Below, one piece after another: positions 1 to 9,217 of a DNA stretch of 54,571 nt. The DNA lies in the NCBI GenBank assembly GCA_903842795.1, contig CAIMNJ010000017.1:1-54571 (forward strand). The letters run 5' to 3'. The first letter of the stretch is position 1; every line of letters starts with the position of its first letter. A model generated the notes under the pieces. That model ran no database searches, was not told the origin of the DNA, and saw only the letters and a program-made list of their open reading frames with translations. The stretch comes from an uncultured bacterium. Its GTDB lineage: Bacteria; Patescibacteriota; Microgenomatia; UBA1400; PJMF01. The translations under genes were made by a program, and so were the position numbers.

Positions 1-355
1 ATTTATTTTCATTTATTTTATTGACTATTTTCTTAAAATCTTTTTCTAGAATTTCTTTATTTTCTAAAAAGTTTTTTTTAAGAATAATAACAACATCTCT
101 TTTAAGAGATAGAGATAAATTATTTTCTAAAATTTCATTCTCTACAAAAGAGTAGAGTAATCTACGATATTCATTTCTTTTGGAAGCTGTATTTAAGGTT
201 GCTTTTGGAGTCAAACAAGACAACCTTAAATAAATACTATTTATTCTAGAATGAACTAAAAAAAACTTAGAATAACTAAAATTAGATTCTCCTTTTTTAA
301 ATATGGAAGAATTCTCCTTTAAAGAAAGATTTAAACGATGTTTTTTAGCTAACAT
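1..355 (-). CDS. rnpA: Ribonuclease P protein component, 3' end runs off the window start
   Basis: Not in the ORF track because there is no stop in the window. ATG at 353-355, open to nt 1 (118 codons): MLAKKHRLNLSLKENSSIFKKGESNF...TLNTASKRNEYRRLLYSFVEN... The protein is basic, and RN-x3-RR resembles the RnpA RNR motif. It starts 10 nt downstream of rpmH, the near-universal rpmH-rnpA pair. Confidence 0.6.
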   Translation of the reverse strand, partial: MLAKKHRLNLSLKENSSIFKKGESNFSYSKFFLVHSRINSIYLRLSCLTPKATLNTASKRNEYRRLLYSFVENEILENNLSLSLKRDVVIILKKNFLENKEILEKDFKKIVNKINENK

Positions 356-365
356 TTAATTAAAT

Positions 366-512
366 TTACCAGTGTTTGGTAACAGCTAATCTTTTACGAC
401 CTTTAGCACGACGTCTTTTTAAGACTATTTGTCCCATAGAGGTTTGCATTCTTTTTAAAAAGCCATGCATTCTCATTCTCTTTTTTTTCTTTGGATTCCA
501 AGTTCTTTTCAT
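366..512 (-). CDS. rpmH: 50S ribosomal protein L34
   Basis: Hand-translated 48-aa ORF below the track cutoff: [48 protein letters not shown]. It matches the L34 pattern (MKRT.QP...KR.R.HGFR.RM.T..G..VL.RRR.KGRK.L). ATG at 510-512, TAA at 366-368. Confidence 0.92.
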   Translation of the reverse strand: MKRTWNPKKKKRMRMHGFLKRMQTSMGQIVLKRRRAKGRKRLAVTKHW

Positions 513-521
513 AAGGTAGAG

Positions 522-530
522 ATTATATCA
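522..530 (-). promoter_or_regulatory. Extended -10 element (TGATATAAT) 9 nt upstream of the rpmH ATG
   Basis: Minus strand reads TGATATAAT-ctctacctt-ATG. There is no SD-like motif in between, which implies a leaderless or nearly leaderless transcript. Confidence 0.4.
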
Positions 531-551
531 TATAAAATATCTATTTAAAGG

Positions 552-1661
552 CTAAGTATTAACTCTAAATGGCATAGCTATATAAAAATAATCTTTTATT
601 TTTTTATCTTTAAATATTGCGGGTTTCAAACTTTCATTCATTCCAAATTCTAGAGATTCTGGTTTTACCGCATTAATAAAATCAATTAAATAATTAACAT
701 TAAAAGCAATTTCTCCATCTAATTCTGTTTTATTGGAAATAATTATTTCACCCGAATATTCACCAAAAGATGGAGACGAAGAATTTATTAACATTTTATC
801 TTTTTCAATCTTAAGTTTAACAATATTAGATGCATCTCTTGAGAAAATAGCAGCTCTTTTCAATTGAATAAGGAACTCTTCACTATCAAATTCTATGTTT
901 AAAGAGAAATTTGGAGGGATTATTCTTTCATAAGGAGGATAATCTCCTTCAATTAAGCGAACATACATTTCTATATTAGAAAATTTAAATAATAATTGTT
1001 TTAATTCATCAGAAACTAATAAATTAATTTCATTAACCTCAATTTGTTTCGCTATTCTATACAACTCATTTAAGGCTTTTGCTGGAACTAAAATCGTCTT
1101 TTCCTGACTAGAACTGATATTGTTTAACATTAAACTACTTAAACGAAAACCATCTGTAGCAACAACTTCTAAACCATTTTGTTTAAATTTAAGCAAGATG
1201 GCAGTTAGTACAGGTCTACTTTGATCTGCACTAGAACAAAAAGTCACTAAACTCTGAATTTTTTCCAGATCTAATAAGTTAAAATTGAGAGAATCTCCAT
1301 CAACAATTGGAAAAGTTGGGAATTCATCACTCTTTTGACAAGACAGTTTACTAATTGTTCTTCCCTGAATAATCTCTAGAGAACTATCTTTTAGTTCTAA
1401 AGTTATTTTTCCTGATTCTAATGAATTAATCAAGCTTTTAAATAGTTCGCCATTAACGATTAACTCACCATCTTCTTCTGCCTCTACCACCAATTCTGTT
1501 TTAATTCCTAGAAATAAATCAGTAGCAGATAAAGTTAATTTATTTTCTTTAACATTCAATAAAACTGACGACAAAACTGGAGATTGTGGCTTATTAGGAA
1601 TTACTTTTTGAAGGTAATTGAGAGAATTTTTTAGGTTTTCTTGTAAAACGTTTAGTTTCAT
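552..1661 (-). CDS. dnaN: DNA polymerase III beta sliding clamp
   Basis: 369 aa. N-terminus MKLNVLQENLKNSLNYLQKVIPNK..PVLSSVLLNVKENKLTLSATDL is typical of DnaN. The length fits three clamp domains. It sits immediately downstream of dnaA. Confidence 0.92.
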   Translation of the reverse strand: MKLNVLQENLKNSLNYLQKVIPNKPQSPVLSSVLLNVKENKLTLSATDLFLGIKTELVVEAEEDGELIVNGELFKSLINSLESGKITLELKDSSLEIIQGRTISKLSCQKSDEFPTFPIVDGDSLNFNLLDLEKIQSLVTFCSSADQSRPVLTAILLKFKQNGLEVVATDGFRLSSLMLNNISSSQEKTILVPAKALNELYRIAKQIEVNEINLLVSDELKQLLFKFSNIEMYVRLIEGDYPPYERIIPPNFSLNIEFDSEEFLIQLKRAAIFSRDASNIVKLKIEKDKMLINSSSPSFGEYSGEIIISNKTELDGEIAFNVNYLIDFINAVKPESLEFGMNESLKPAIFKDKKIKDYFYIAMPFRVNT

Positions 1662-1968
1662 ATTTTCTTTTATTTAATTATATATTTTTAGTAGTTGTAG
1701 TAGTAGGGGTTGTGAATAAGTTTATATTTCGAAATTTTTAATCTGGTTACGCTTAATAAAAACAATGTTTAAAAACTCTCTTTTTTTGTTTAAAAAAATG
1801 TTTAAGTCTGTGAATTTATGTTAATTATTTTTAATACTTTTCAACAGTCCTATAAACTTTTTAAATTTTTGTTAACAATGTTTTAACTTTTTATTCACCG
1901 ACTTATTCACAATTGTTGATAAGTTATATTTTTAAAGCTATAAAAACTTATTTATATTGATAAATCAA
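1662..1968. other. Candidate oriC module in the dnaA-dnaN spacer: DnaA boxes plus AT-rich repeats
   Basis: 307-bp very AT-rich spacer. DnaA-box-like 9-mers (consensus TTATCCACA) are at 1711-1719 (rc TTATTCACA), 1809-1817 (rc AAATTCACA), 1891-1899 (TTATTCACC), 1903-1911 (TTATTCACA) and 1914-1922 (rc TTATCAACA). There are three AATGTTT(T)AA repeats at 1764-1772, 1797-1805 and 1877-1886. Confidence 0.5.
1677..1682 (-). promoter_or_regulatory. -10 hexamer TATAAT 15 nt upstream of the dnaN ATG
   Basis: Minus strand reads TATAAT-N15-ATG inside the dnaA-dnaN spacer. Confidence 0.3.
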
Positions 1969-3546
1969 TTAATTTGAAATAGCTATTAATGACATTTTCA
2001 TTGCAGAAACATCTTGTTGAACACTCTGATTTAGAATTAGATCTTGTTCAACTTTCTTTACAGCATGAATAACACTACTATGATCTCTACCAGAAAACCA
2101 TTGTCCTATTTCTTCTAGAGGAATTTGCAACTCATTCCTCAATAAATACATTGCAATATGCCTAGCCTTTACCAGTTCTTTACTTCTTCTTTTACCTCTG
2201 ACTGCACTTTGTTTCATTCTAAAGTGATTGGCCACAGTTTTTATAATATCTTGAGGTTTAGCTTTAATTATTTTTTGCTGATTCTGTTTTACTTCATTTT
2301 GTAAAATTTTATCAATTAAAATTGAATCTAGTGCTAAATTTTGTAATTCTACTGCAGATCTGATCTTCTTTATAATTCCTTCAATTCTACGAGCGCTGTC
2401 GACTTGAGAAGCAATCCTTTGAGCAAGATCAATAGGAATATCTAATTTATTAGCTTGAGCTTTAAGTAATAGGATCGCTGTTCTTAATTCGAAGGTTGGT
2501 TGTTGAATGTCTATCATTAATCCAGCTTCAAAACGAGAACGTAGTCGATCTTCTAATAAACTAATTTCTTGAGGTGGGCGATCAGAAGTTAAGATGATTT
2601 GTGAGTTAATCGAGGTTAAAGCGTTAAATGTATGAAAAAATTCTTCTTGAACTGAATTTTTACCGGCAATAAATTGAATATCATCTAGAAGTAATAAATT
2701 TGTTTTTCGATACTTATTTTTTAACTGTAGTGTGTTGTGACTTTTAATTGCTCTAACTATTTCATTAGTAAATTGCTCTCCAGAAGCATAAATGATTTCT
2801 GCATCAGGATTGTTCTTTAAAACATGGTGAGCAACAGCGTGAATTAGATGAGTTTTACCGACACCAACTCCACCATATAAAAATAATGGGTTATAACTGG
2901 TTCCAAGATTATTAGCGACAGCAGTTGCTGCTGCGTGAGCCATTTCATTACTAGAAGAGACCGCAAAACTGTCAAAAGTGTAATCTGGACGAAGACCAAT
3001 TTGAGAAACACGAACTTTTAGTCTGTCGAAAATATTATTATTTATATTTGCTTGAGAAAAAAGCTCTTCAACAGTAGGGGATTGCTTGTTGGCGCTATTG
3101 TCACCAAAACTTTTATTAATTAGTAAATTATTTTTAAAATCACTGTAATTATTTCTATTAATTTCTTCGTAGCCTGCATTATTATTAGGATTACTGTTTG
3201 ATTCTGGTTGTTTTTTTTCTACAACTTTAAAACTATCAATATTATTTCTATTATTTTGTCTGAGGTCAGTTACTATAAATTCTATTTCTAGGGTTTTGTT
3301 GATGTATTTTTCTAAAGCAATTTTAATTTGAGAATAAAGATTAGACTTAAGATTGGTTACGTGAAAAGCAGTCATGCAAGCAATTGTAGCAATCGCTTTT
3401 TGATCATTTTCAATTCTGATAGAGGTGAGTGGACTAGGAACTATCCAGGTGTTAAAAAACGCTGGACTCAAGCTGGCTTCCAGGTCTGTTTTGGCCATTT
3501 GCCAAATTTGTTTAACTGTTTCTGAATCATAAACCTGCTCTGACAT
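1969..3546 (-). CDS. dnaA: Chromosomal replication initiator protein DnaA
   Basis: 525 aa. Walker A is GGVGVGKTHL and Walker B is LLLDDIQF. The C-terminal DNA-binding signature is RHIAMYLLRNE...SLEEIGQWFSGRDHSSVIHAVKKV-like. An Asn-rich linker of about 100 aa separates domain I from the AAA+ core. Confidence 0.95.
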   Translation of the reverse strand: MSEQVYDSETVKQIWQMAKTDLEASLSPAFFNTWIVPSPLTSIRIENDQKAIATIACMTAFHVTNLKSNLYSQIKIALEKYINKTLEIEFIVTDLRQNNRNNIDSFKVVEKKQPESNSNPNNNAGYEEINRNNYSDFKNNLLINKSFGDNSANKQSPTVEELFSQANINNNIFDRLKVRVSQIGLRPDYTFDSFAVSSSNEMAHAAATAVANNLGTSYNPLFLYGGVGVGKTHLIHAVAHHVLKNNPDAEIIYASGEQFTNEIVRAIKSHNTLQLKNKYRKTNLLLLDDIQFIAGKNSVQEEFFHTFNALTSINSQIILTSDRPPQEISLLEDRLRSRFEAGLMIDIQQPTFELRTAILLLKAQANKLDIPIDLAQRIASQVDSARRIEGIIKKIRSAVELQNLALDSILIDKILQNEVKQNQQKIIKAKPQDIIKTVANHFRMKQSAVRGKRRSKELVKARHIAMYLLRNELQIPLEEIGQWFSGRDHSSVIHAVKKVEQDLILNQSVQQDVSAMKMSLIAISN

Positions 3547-3613
3547 TGTTTTTGTCTTTCTCCGATAAAAAAAAGAAATAGGGTGGGGCAGTAAACAAAC
3601 GATCTAGCGCTTA

Positions 3614-3643
3614 CTTATACACAAAGTTTTCCACAATTAGCAA
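3614..3643 (-). promoter_or_regulatory. Putative dnaA promoter overlapped by two DnaA boxes
   Basis: Minus strand reads TTGCTA (3638-3643), an 18-nt spacer, then TATAAG (3614-3619). DnaA boxes TTATACACA (3615-3623, plus strand) and TTTTCCACA (3627-3635, plus strand) overlap the -10 and the spacer. A GGAGA motif lies about 13 nt before the ATG. Confidence 0.35.
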
Positions 3644-3661
3644 GAGGCAGTTTATTCGATA

Positions 3662-5878
3662 TTATTTTGGAGGCTTGTAGTCATTAATACTATAAATACC
3701 GTGCTGATCTGGTTTTACCTCTTTTTTATCAGAGTCATCAAAGATAGTTTTAATTTTATAATCTTGTTTAGGCTTTTCGCTTTTCTGATTGATTTGATCT
3801 CTTTGGTCAAGTTCCTTATCGGCGTTGAATTCAAGATTTTTATCTTCTAAAGCTTTTTCAGCATATCTGTCAGCATCTTTTAGAGGATCTTCTTTTAGTT
3901 CTATTTCTGGATTTTGCCAGCTTGGAGCGACTTTTTTTTCATCATTGTTGTTGCTTTTATAGTCAGAACTGTTAATTAAACGCTGTTTTCTTAATTCTCT
4001 ACTTTTTTTATAGCTTTCAAAACTTTCAGACCTAGGATTGGATCCAGAATTCATAGCTTTAACGGTTTCTTTTTCGTCTTTTTTACGAAGCATTTCTTCA
4101 GGATTGGTTGTAATAACCGCATGTTCATCTGGAGAAGCAATAACTTTGAGAGCAACATGGTTTTGTCCAGCAAAGAAAATTCCTTCGCCCACATCAGAAG
4201 AGACTAATAGCTGACGTTCACCCTCAGATAAATAAAAAGTTTGAGTTAGAATTGGCACAGAAGCAGTTGATTGCTTCATTAAAAATTGAATAGAAGCATT
4301 AGACACAATAGCTTTGCCATAGTCATTATGTAAAAAGTCTTCCACATCCTGGGTAATAGTAGTAATACCCAAATAGTATTTACGAGCTCTTTTAACCATG
4401 GAATAAACAAAGGCAGCACTATCTGGATGCATCATAAAATACCAGGCTTCATCAATTACTAAAATACGGCGTTTAAGGTTCTTTTTTACTCTAGTCCAAA
4501 TAAAATCAAGAATTACATACATTGCGATCGGACGGAGAGATTCTTCCATTTCTTTGACTGAAAAAACCGTAAACTGAGATTGAATATTAATATTTGAAGC
4601 TTGATCAAAAATACCTCGGAAAGAGCCAGTAATAAATTTTTCCAAACGAGCAGCAATATCATCACTTTCGTCTTGTTCCATACCGATTAAAGCTTTGTAC
4701 AAATCTTCCATGAGTGGAGGAGTGTTCTTTTGAGTGGCAGGATCAGGAGTGATGCCCTTCGCCTTGTATGCGGCAATAATTGATCGGTCAAGCAGAGCTT
4801 CTTGTTGAGGAGTCATCTCACCCAACATAACTTTAAGTAAGCCGTGAATAGATAAAATTTTCTGTCCAAGCTCGTTTTCACCTTCTTCATAAACATTGGA
4901 AAGGTCGAAAGGATTAATTTTGGCCTTAGAGCCAAAAGTAAAATTAATATATTCTCCACCAACCATCTTACAAAGCTCCTCATATTCGTGCTCTGGATCG
5001 AGAACAATGACCTCAGCATCAAACATGAGTTGTCGTAAAATTTCCAATTTAACAGTGTAGGATTTACCAGCACCTGATTTGGCGAAAATCACCATGTTGG
5101 CGTTTTCCATCTTAAAGCGATCAAAAATTACTAAAGAATCATTGTGTTCATTTATTCCGTAAACAATACCGGTTTCCATGGTTAGTTCAGAAGATGTGAA
5201 TGGAAAAGTGGTTGCTAGGGAAGTAGTATCCATATTTCTCGTTACAGAAAGACGATCTACACCCATTGGCAAGGTGGTTTTAAAACCTTCATCCATTTGT
5301 AGAGCTGATTTTTTAGAAACAATCATTAAAGCGCCTAAAGTGCTTTGAATGCTTTTGGTGATTTTATCCAAAATTTCTTTACTATCAGCGCGAACAGTAA
5401 CATAAAGCCCAAATTGGAAAAATCTTTCTGAACCAGCAGCAAGCTGTTCACGCATAGCACGCGCATCGCTTAGCTTGATCTCAGTATTAATATTGCTGAT
5501 TTTTCCAGATCTAATGTCAGAAGTAATTTCCGCCTCCATTTCAGTGATTTTTCTCTTTAAATTATCCAAGATATCGCCGGTATCTGAAGGAAAAACAAAC
5601 ATAGAAATATTTGCCTGCTGAGGATAATTAATCAATGGAGATAGCCAGTTTGCTGGAACTGCTCTTGGATAGCCGGCCACGAACAATGTACGAGTGTAAG
5701 TTGAGTTGATTTTTTGATAAGTAAAGTCAACCTCAATGGCTTCTGGGGCAATAATATCTTGAATTGTAACTAAGCCACGAGAAAACTCACTCAATTTTTC
5801 TTGAGTGTATTTTTCGACATCAATTTTATTTTGATCTGCCGAAGTCACTGCTGGTTTTTTACCAAATAGATTAAACAT
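3662..5878 (-). CDS. virB4: VirB4/TrsE-family type IV secretion ATPase with a long charged C-terminal tail
   Basis: 738 aa. Walker A is AKSGAGKSYTVK and Walker B is RILVIDEAWYFM. The downstream motif TTITQDVEDF is typical of the VirB4/TraC/CagE family. The last roughly 130 aa are K/E/D/N-rich low complexity. Confidence 0.85.
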   Translation of the reverse strand: MFNLFGKKPAVTSADQNKIDVEKYTQEKLSEFSRGLVTIQDIIAPEAIEVDFTYQKINSTYTRTLFVAGYPRAVPANWLSPLINYPQQANISMFVFPSDTGDILDNLKRKITEMEAEITSDIRSGKISNINTEIKLSDARAMREQLAAGSERFFQFGLYVTVRADSKEILDKITKSIQSTLGALMIVSKKSALQMDEGFKTTLPMGVDRLSVTRNMDTTSLATTFPFTSSELTMETGIVYGINEHNDSLVIFDRFKMENANMVIFAKSGAGKSYTVKLEILRQLMFDAEVIVLDPEHEYEELCKMVGGEYINFTFGSKAKINPFDLSNVYEEGENELGQKILSIHGLLKVMLGEMTPQQEALLDRSIIAAYKAKGITPDPATQKNTPPLMEDLYKALIGMEQDESDDIAARLEKFITGSFRGIFDQASNINIQSQFTVFSVKEMEESLRPIAMYVILDFIWTRVKKNLKRRILVIDEAWYFMMHPDSAAFVYSMVKRARKYYLGITTITQDVEDFLHNDYGKAIVSNASIQFLMKQSTASVPILTQTFYLSEGERQLLVSSDVGEGIFFAGQNHVALKVIASPDEHAVITTNPEEMLRKKDEKETVKAMNSGSNPRSESFESYKKSRELRKQRLINSSDYKSNNNDEKKVAPSWQNPEIELKEDPLKDADRYAEKALEDKNLEFNADKELDQRDQINQKSEKPKQDYKIKTIFDDSDKKEVKPDQHGIYSINDYKPPK

Positions 5879-5883
5879 TTTTA

Positions 5884-7287
5884 TTAACTATCATTTTGAC
5901 TGTTAAATTTGTTTTGTAGTGGTGTTATTTCTTCAGCAAAATCACTTACTGGTTCGTTTTGACCAGCGCTTATGTTTGGTTGTGAATCTGCTTGAGAGTT
6001 GTTTTGTTCTGCAGCATCGTAAGAAACGCTTTCCTCAACAAAGTTTTGTGTAAAATCTGAATTAGAGTCGCTTTGTGGTTTATTGGAGGCAATTAGGTCG
6101 GCATTTAAATTTAAGTCTAATTCTGCTGGTTGATCTTGTTTTTCCTCAACCTTTTGTTCTTCTGGAAACACATTATTTGGAGCTGGTATTTCTGCAGTCG
6201 TATTAGCACTTAAATCAGGCATAGAGTTGATAGCTGTATTAAGATCAGGGCTAATAGTAGAACTAGAAACAGGATTGGAAGGTAATTCTGAGGCATTGGT
6301 TAAATTTTGTTGAGCTGGCTCAACTGATTGCAAAACTTGAGTTTGTTGCTCCACTAAAACTGGTTCGCTTGCTGGAGTTGGAGGAGTAATTTGTGTCTCT
6401 GGAGTCATTGATGGGGTAGTAGCTGTGACTGGAATCTGAGATTGAGGCTGAGCTTCTGGTTGAACTACAGGTTCGGCTTGAATTACTGGGTTTGTTTGCG
6501 CTGCAGCTGGCACTGATTGATTGGCTTGAGCGGCGGTTGGGGCAGGGTTGCCACTAATGATTTCTTCCGCGGTGGGATTGTTTGTTGTTGGTTGCATAAG
6601 TTTTCCTCCAAAACTCGCTCTCACTAGAGGAGTAGTATAATTTTCGCTGCTGCTGATTTCTTGTCCTTCAGCTGCTTCAGGATTGTAATTAATATAAAAA
6701 TTTTGAATGATTTCTTGTGTAGCTAGTTGTCTTGCATAAAGACCAAGACGATTGAATTGAGAGGTAAGATGATCTTTGCGCGGCTCTAATAAATTAGTTG
6801 CTTTTTCAAGTAATATGCTTTTTTCTACCATTGAGATATCAAAACTTGTTTTCCCAGGAAGAACGCTTGAAGGGGTGATTAAGCCCATTTCTCCAGGAGT
6901 GGCTGGAACAACAATATAAAAACGTTTTTGTAAAACATTTCTTTCTTTAATTAAGGCAGCTACAAAATCTCTATATTTTTTAATTAAATTTGCTTTTCTA
7001 TCAGAGCTGGCTTTAGCAATTTGCTCATCAAGAAGTCTTAAATATTTAGTAGCATCTTTTGTTTGAGACTGAATATTTATTTGAATTGGGTAATTTAAAG
7101 AGTTTAATAATGATCCATAGGTAAAAATAACAGCGTCTTGTTCTTGCTCAGCCAATAAACTGAAATTCATTGTACCGATTTGAAGAATTATGGCTGCTGT
7201 GCCATCCTTCAATAAAACCATGTCGTTGACAATGTCATAGACATCAAGAAATTCTTGAGTAGTAGAACTAATCACTTTATCGCTCAT
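5884..7287 (-). CDS. T4SS-associated protein: N-terminal half resembles an ATPase-less VirB4 N-domain, C-terminal half is P/Q/T/S-rich and disordered
   Basis: 467 aa, 5 nt upstream of virB4. The N-terminus FLDVYDIVNDMVLLKDGTAAIILQIGTMNFSLLAEQEQDAVIFTYGSLLNSLNYPIQINIQS follows the pattern seen at the N-termini of Gram-positive VirB4-like proteins. No Walker motifs are present. Confidence 0.35.
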   Translation of the reverse strand: MSDKVISSTTQEFLDVYDIVNDMVLLKDGTAAIILQIGTMNFSLLAEQEQDAVIFTYGSLLNSLNYPIQINIQSQTKDATKYLRLLDEQIAKASSDRKANLIKKYRDFVAALIKERNVLQKRFYIVVPATPGEMGLITPSSVLPGKTSFDISMVEKSILLEKATNLLEPRKDHLTSQFNRLGLYARQLATQEIIQNFYINYNPEAAEGQEISSSENYTTPLVRASFGGKLMQPTTNNPTAEEIISGNPAPTAAQANQSVPAAAQTNPVIQAEPVVQPEAQPQSQIPVTATTPSMTPETQITPPTPASEPVLVEQQTQVLQSVEPAQQNLTNASELPSNPVSSSTISPDLNTAINSMPDLSANTTAEIPAPNNVFPEEQKVEEKQDQPAELDLNLNADLIASNKPQSDSNSDFTQNFVEESVSYDAAEQNNSQADSQPNISAGQNEPVSDFAEEITPLQNKFNSQNDS

Positions 7288-7311
7288 GAGCCTTAATTAG
7301 TTTACTAAATT

Positions 7312-8172
7312 TTATGGCTTGATTACAAGGGGATTGAGAATTTCACCAATTAATTTAATCTGGTGAGTTGAATATTTCTCGCCGTTTTTTTCTACTTCCA
7401 CAAAATAATCTCCATTTTCTAAGGTTTTACTGGAAATAAAATTGCCATACTTATCTGTTTTCATGATTCTTAAGCTTTGGTTGTTTTGATCTTTTATTTC
7501 TACTATAGCTTGGTCAATAGCAGTGCCATTATCATCAACAACTAATCCATATATTTGGTTTGGTAGATGTTCGCTACTAGCAACAAAAGTTTGGATTTGT
7601 GGAGATTTAAGTTTTCTAACTCTGGTTTTAAGGCTTGGTTTTTCTTGTTTTTTCTCTTCAATTTCTATATCTTCTTTAGCAACTTGAACTTTATCGAAGT
7701 CATTTAAAATATCATTAATTTTATTATTTTCAGCAAGATCATAGTCATCAAGTTGTTCATCTACAGGAATACTTTTAATGTATTCAGATATTCTTTGTCT
7801 TTTTGCTGGATTTAGGTTGACATTTGGTGCAAAAAAGTCTTGTTGAACGCTGGTGATTTTATAATTAAAAAAATCTGGAACTTTATTTGCTTTGCGCCAA
7901 AAAAACTTAGTAGGGCGATAGATGTTTTTAAAAAATGTCTTAATCCAATGATCCATTGGTCTTTCTTCAATCGGAACAAAGGCAATTAATGCTCCAAATC
8001 CAACAGATAAAAGGATAAGTGGCCATTTAACAATTCCAATTAGATTGGTTTTGTAAATTACAAAAGCAAGTACAACTCCAACAGCCAAAATAGCAAATTG
8101 TTTAAGAGTCATTTGACCAATGAGATGAAATTTGTAGTTGGTGATATCTTGTGGAATTGGATGTTGTTTCAT
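7312..8172 (-). CDS. PrgI/VirB3-like membrane protein fused to a carboxypeptidase-regulatory-like beta-sandwich
   Basis: 286 aa. The N-terminus PIPQDITNYKFHLIGQMTLKQFAILAVGVVLAFVIY plus a second TM helix matches the PrgI-family layout. The C-terminus IYGLVVDDNGTAIDQAIVEIKDQNN...KTDKYGNFIS..LENGDYFVEVEK looks like a CarboxypepD_reg-type domain. Confidence 0.5.
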   Translation of the reverse strand: MKQHPIPQDITNYKFHLIGQMTLKQFAILAVGVVLAFVIYKTNLIGIVKWPLILLSVGFGALIAFVPIEERPMDHWIKTFFKNIYRPTKFFWRKANKVPDFFNYKITSVQQDFFAPNVNLNPAKRQRISEYIKSIPVDEQLDDYDLAENNKINDILNDFDKVQVAKEDIEIEEKKQEKPSLKTRVRKLKSPQIQTFVASSEHLPNQIYGLVVDDNGTAIDQAIVEIKDQNNQSLRIMKTDKYGNFISSKTLENGDYFVEVEKNGEKYSTHQIKLIGEILNPLVIKP

Positions 8173-8195
8173 CGCTACTCCATTTTAGCAGGTTT

Positions 8196-9212
8196 TTATT
8201 TCTCTTTAGCAGTTTCAACTGCAGGAGTAATAATAATGGCTTCAATATTTAATCCAGCAGTATTGGTCAACTTGGCATTAAATTTATAAAAAGGATAAAC
8301 AATTTTGAGTTGTTCATCAAAACGATAATCAATGCTGGCTGAATATAGATCAGCTTCTTTGATCCAGTTAAGATCAATAGATGGCGTAACTTTGCTTTTT
8401 GCATCAATAATTGAAGCTTCACCATTTTTGATTTTTTTAATTGCTTGATCAATAGAGATAGAGGGTAATTCCTTTAAAATGGAAAATTCTTGAAAAAAAT
8501 CTCTAAAAACCGCTCTTTGCATGGTATACATGTTGTCAACTCGGCAAAAGAACGGATAGTCTTTTTTATTTTCATAAAAAACTTGATATCCATCTAATTC
8601 GTAAGTGAGTGGTATTTGTAAAAAAGTAGCATCTTTTTTGGCAACAAGAATCTGTTCCAAGTTGCTATTTAAATAAAGAATATCGTTTTTTTGCGGTAAT
8701 AGTTTGGCTGAAATGTTATATTTTTTATAAAAATTAAGACAAACATTAATCGCCTCATCTACAATAATTTTTAGTTCACTATTGCCATTTTGGTTAGCTG
8801 CTTCGGTAAATAAATAATTATGCTCATAGTCATTTTTGGCCAAAGCATTTTTTTCACCAACCCAATAGTTGGGGATTTTTTCATTAACACTAAGTTGATA
8901 ATCGTTAATTAATCTATTTGCTAATTCTTCTGCTAAGCCAGCATTGTTTTGTGCCTGATAAATATTAAATTTCTCTGGAATAATTATTTTTTCTCCAGAA
9001 TAAGAAACTTTTTTAAAAGTAGTCTGAGTATCGTTGTAATTATTGAAAGTGAAATTATTAGCGACGATTTTTTCTTTAATTGGGGTCAGAATACTAAAAA
9101 TAATGCTAACAATTAATAAAATAAGACAAACAACAATGACTAAAAAAATAAATTTTTTGTTCTTTGCTTTATGATCTTTTTCATTTATTGTTTGGGCTGT
9201 TGGGTTTGGCAT
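8196..9212 (-). CDS. Bitopic membrane protein of unknown function, possible VirB8/TcpC-like slot
   Basis: 338 aa. It has a short basic N-terminus, one TM helix (FIFLVIVVCLILLIVSIIFSIL) and an extracytoplasmic domain of about 290 aa. Only topology and position in the locus support the call. Confidence 0.25.
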   Translation of the reverse strand: MPNPTAQTINEKDHKAKNKKFIFLVIVVCLILLIVSIIFSILTPIKEKIVANNFTFNNYNDTQTTFKKVSYSGEKIIIPEKFNIYQAQNNAGLAEELANRLINDYQLSVNEKIPNYWVGEKNALAKNDYEHNYLFTEAANQNGNSELKIIVDEAINVCLNFYKKYNISAKLLPQKNDILYLNSNLEQILVAKKDATFLQIPLTYELDGYQVFYENKKDYPFFCRVDNMYTMQRAVFRDFFQEFSILKELPSISIDQAIKKIKNGEASIIDAKSKVTPSIDLNWIKEADLYSASIDYRFDEQLKIVYPFYKFNAKLTNTAGLNIEAIIITPAVETAKEK

Positions 9213-9217
9213 ATTTT

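Noticed and set aside
3328-3525. Small antisense ORFs inside dnaA and other genes (for example 3328-3525, 8098-8289, 8267-8452, 9556-9756, 16600-16827, 22176-22487)
   Set aside because: They are 60-110 aa, fully nested in longer well-supported genes, and have skewed composition and no motifs. They are typical chance ORFs.
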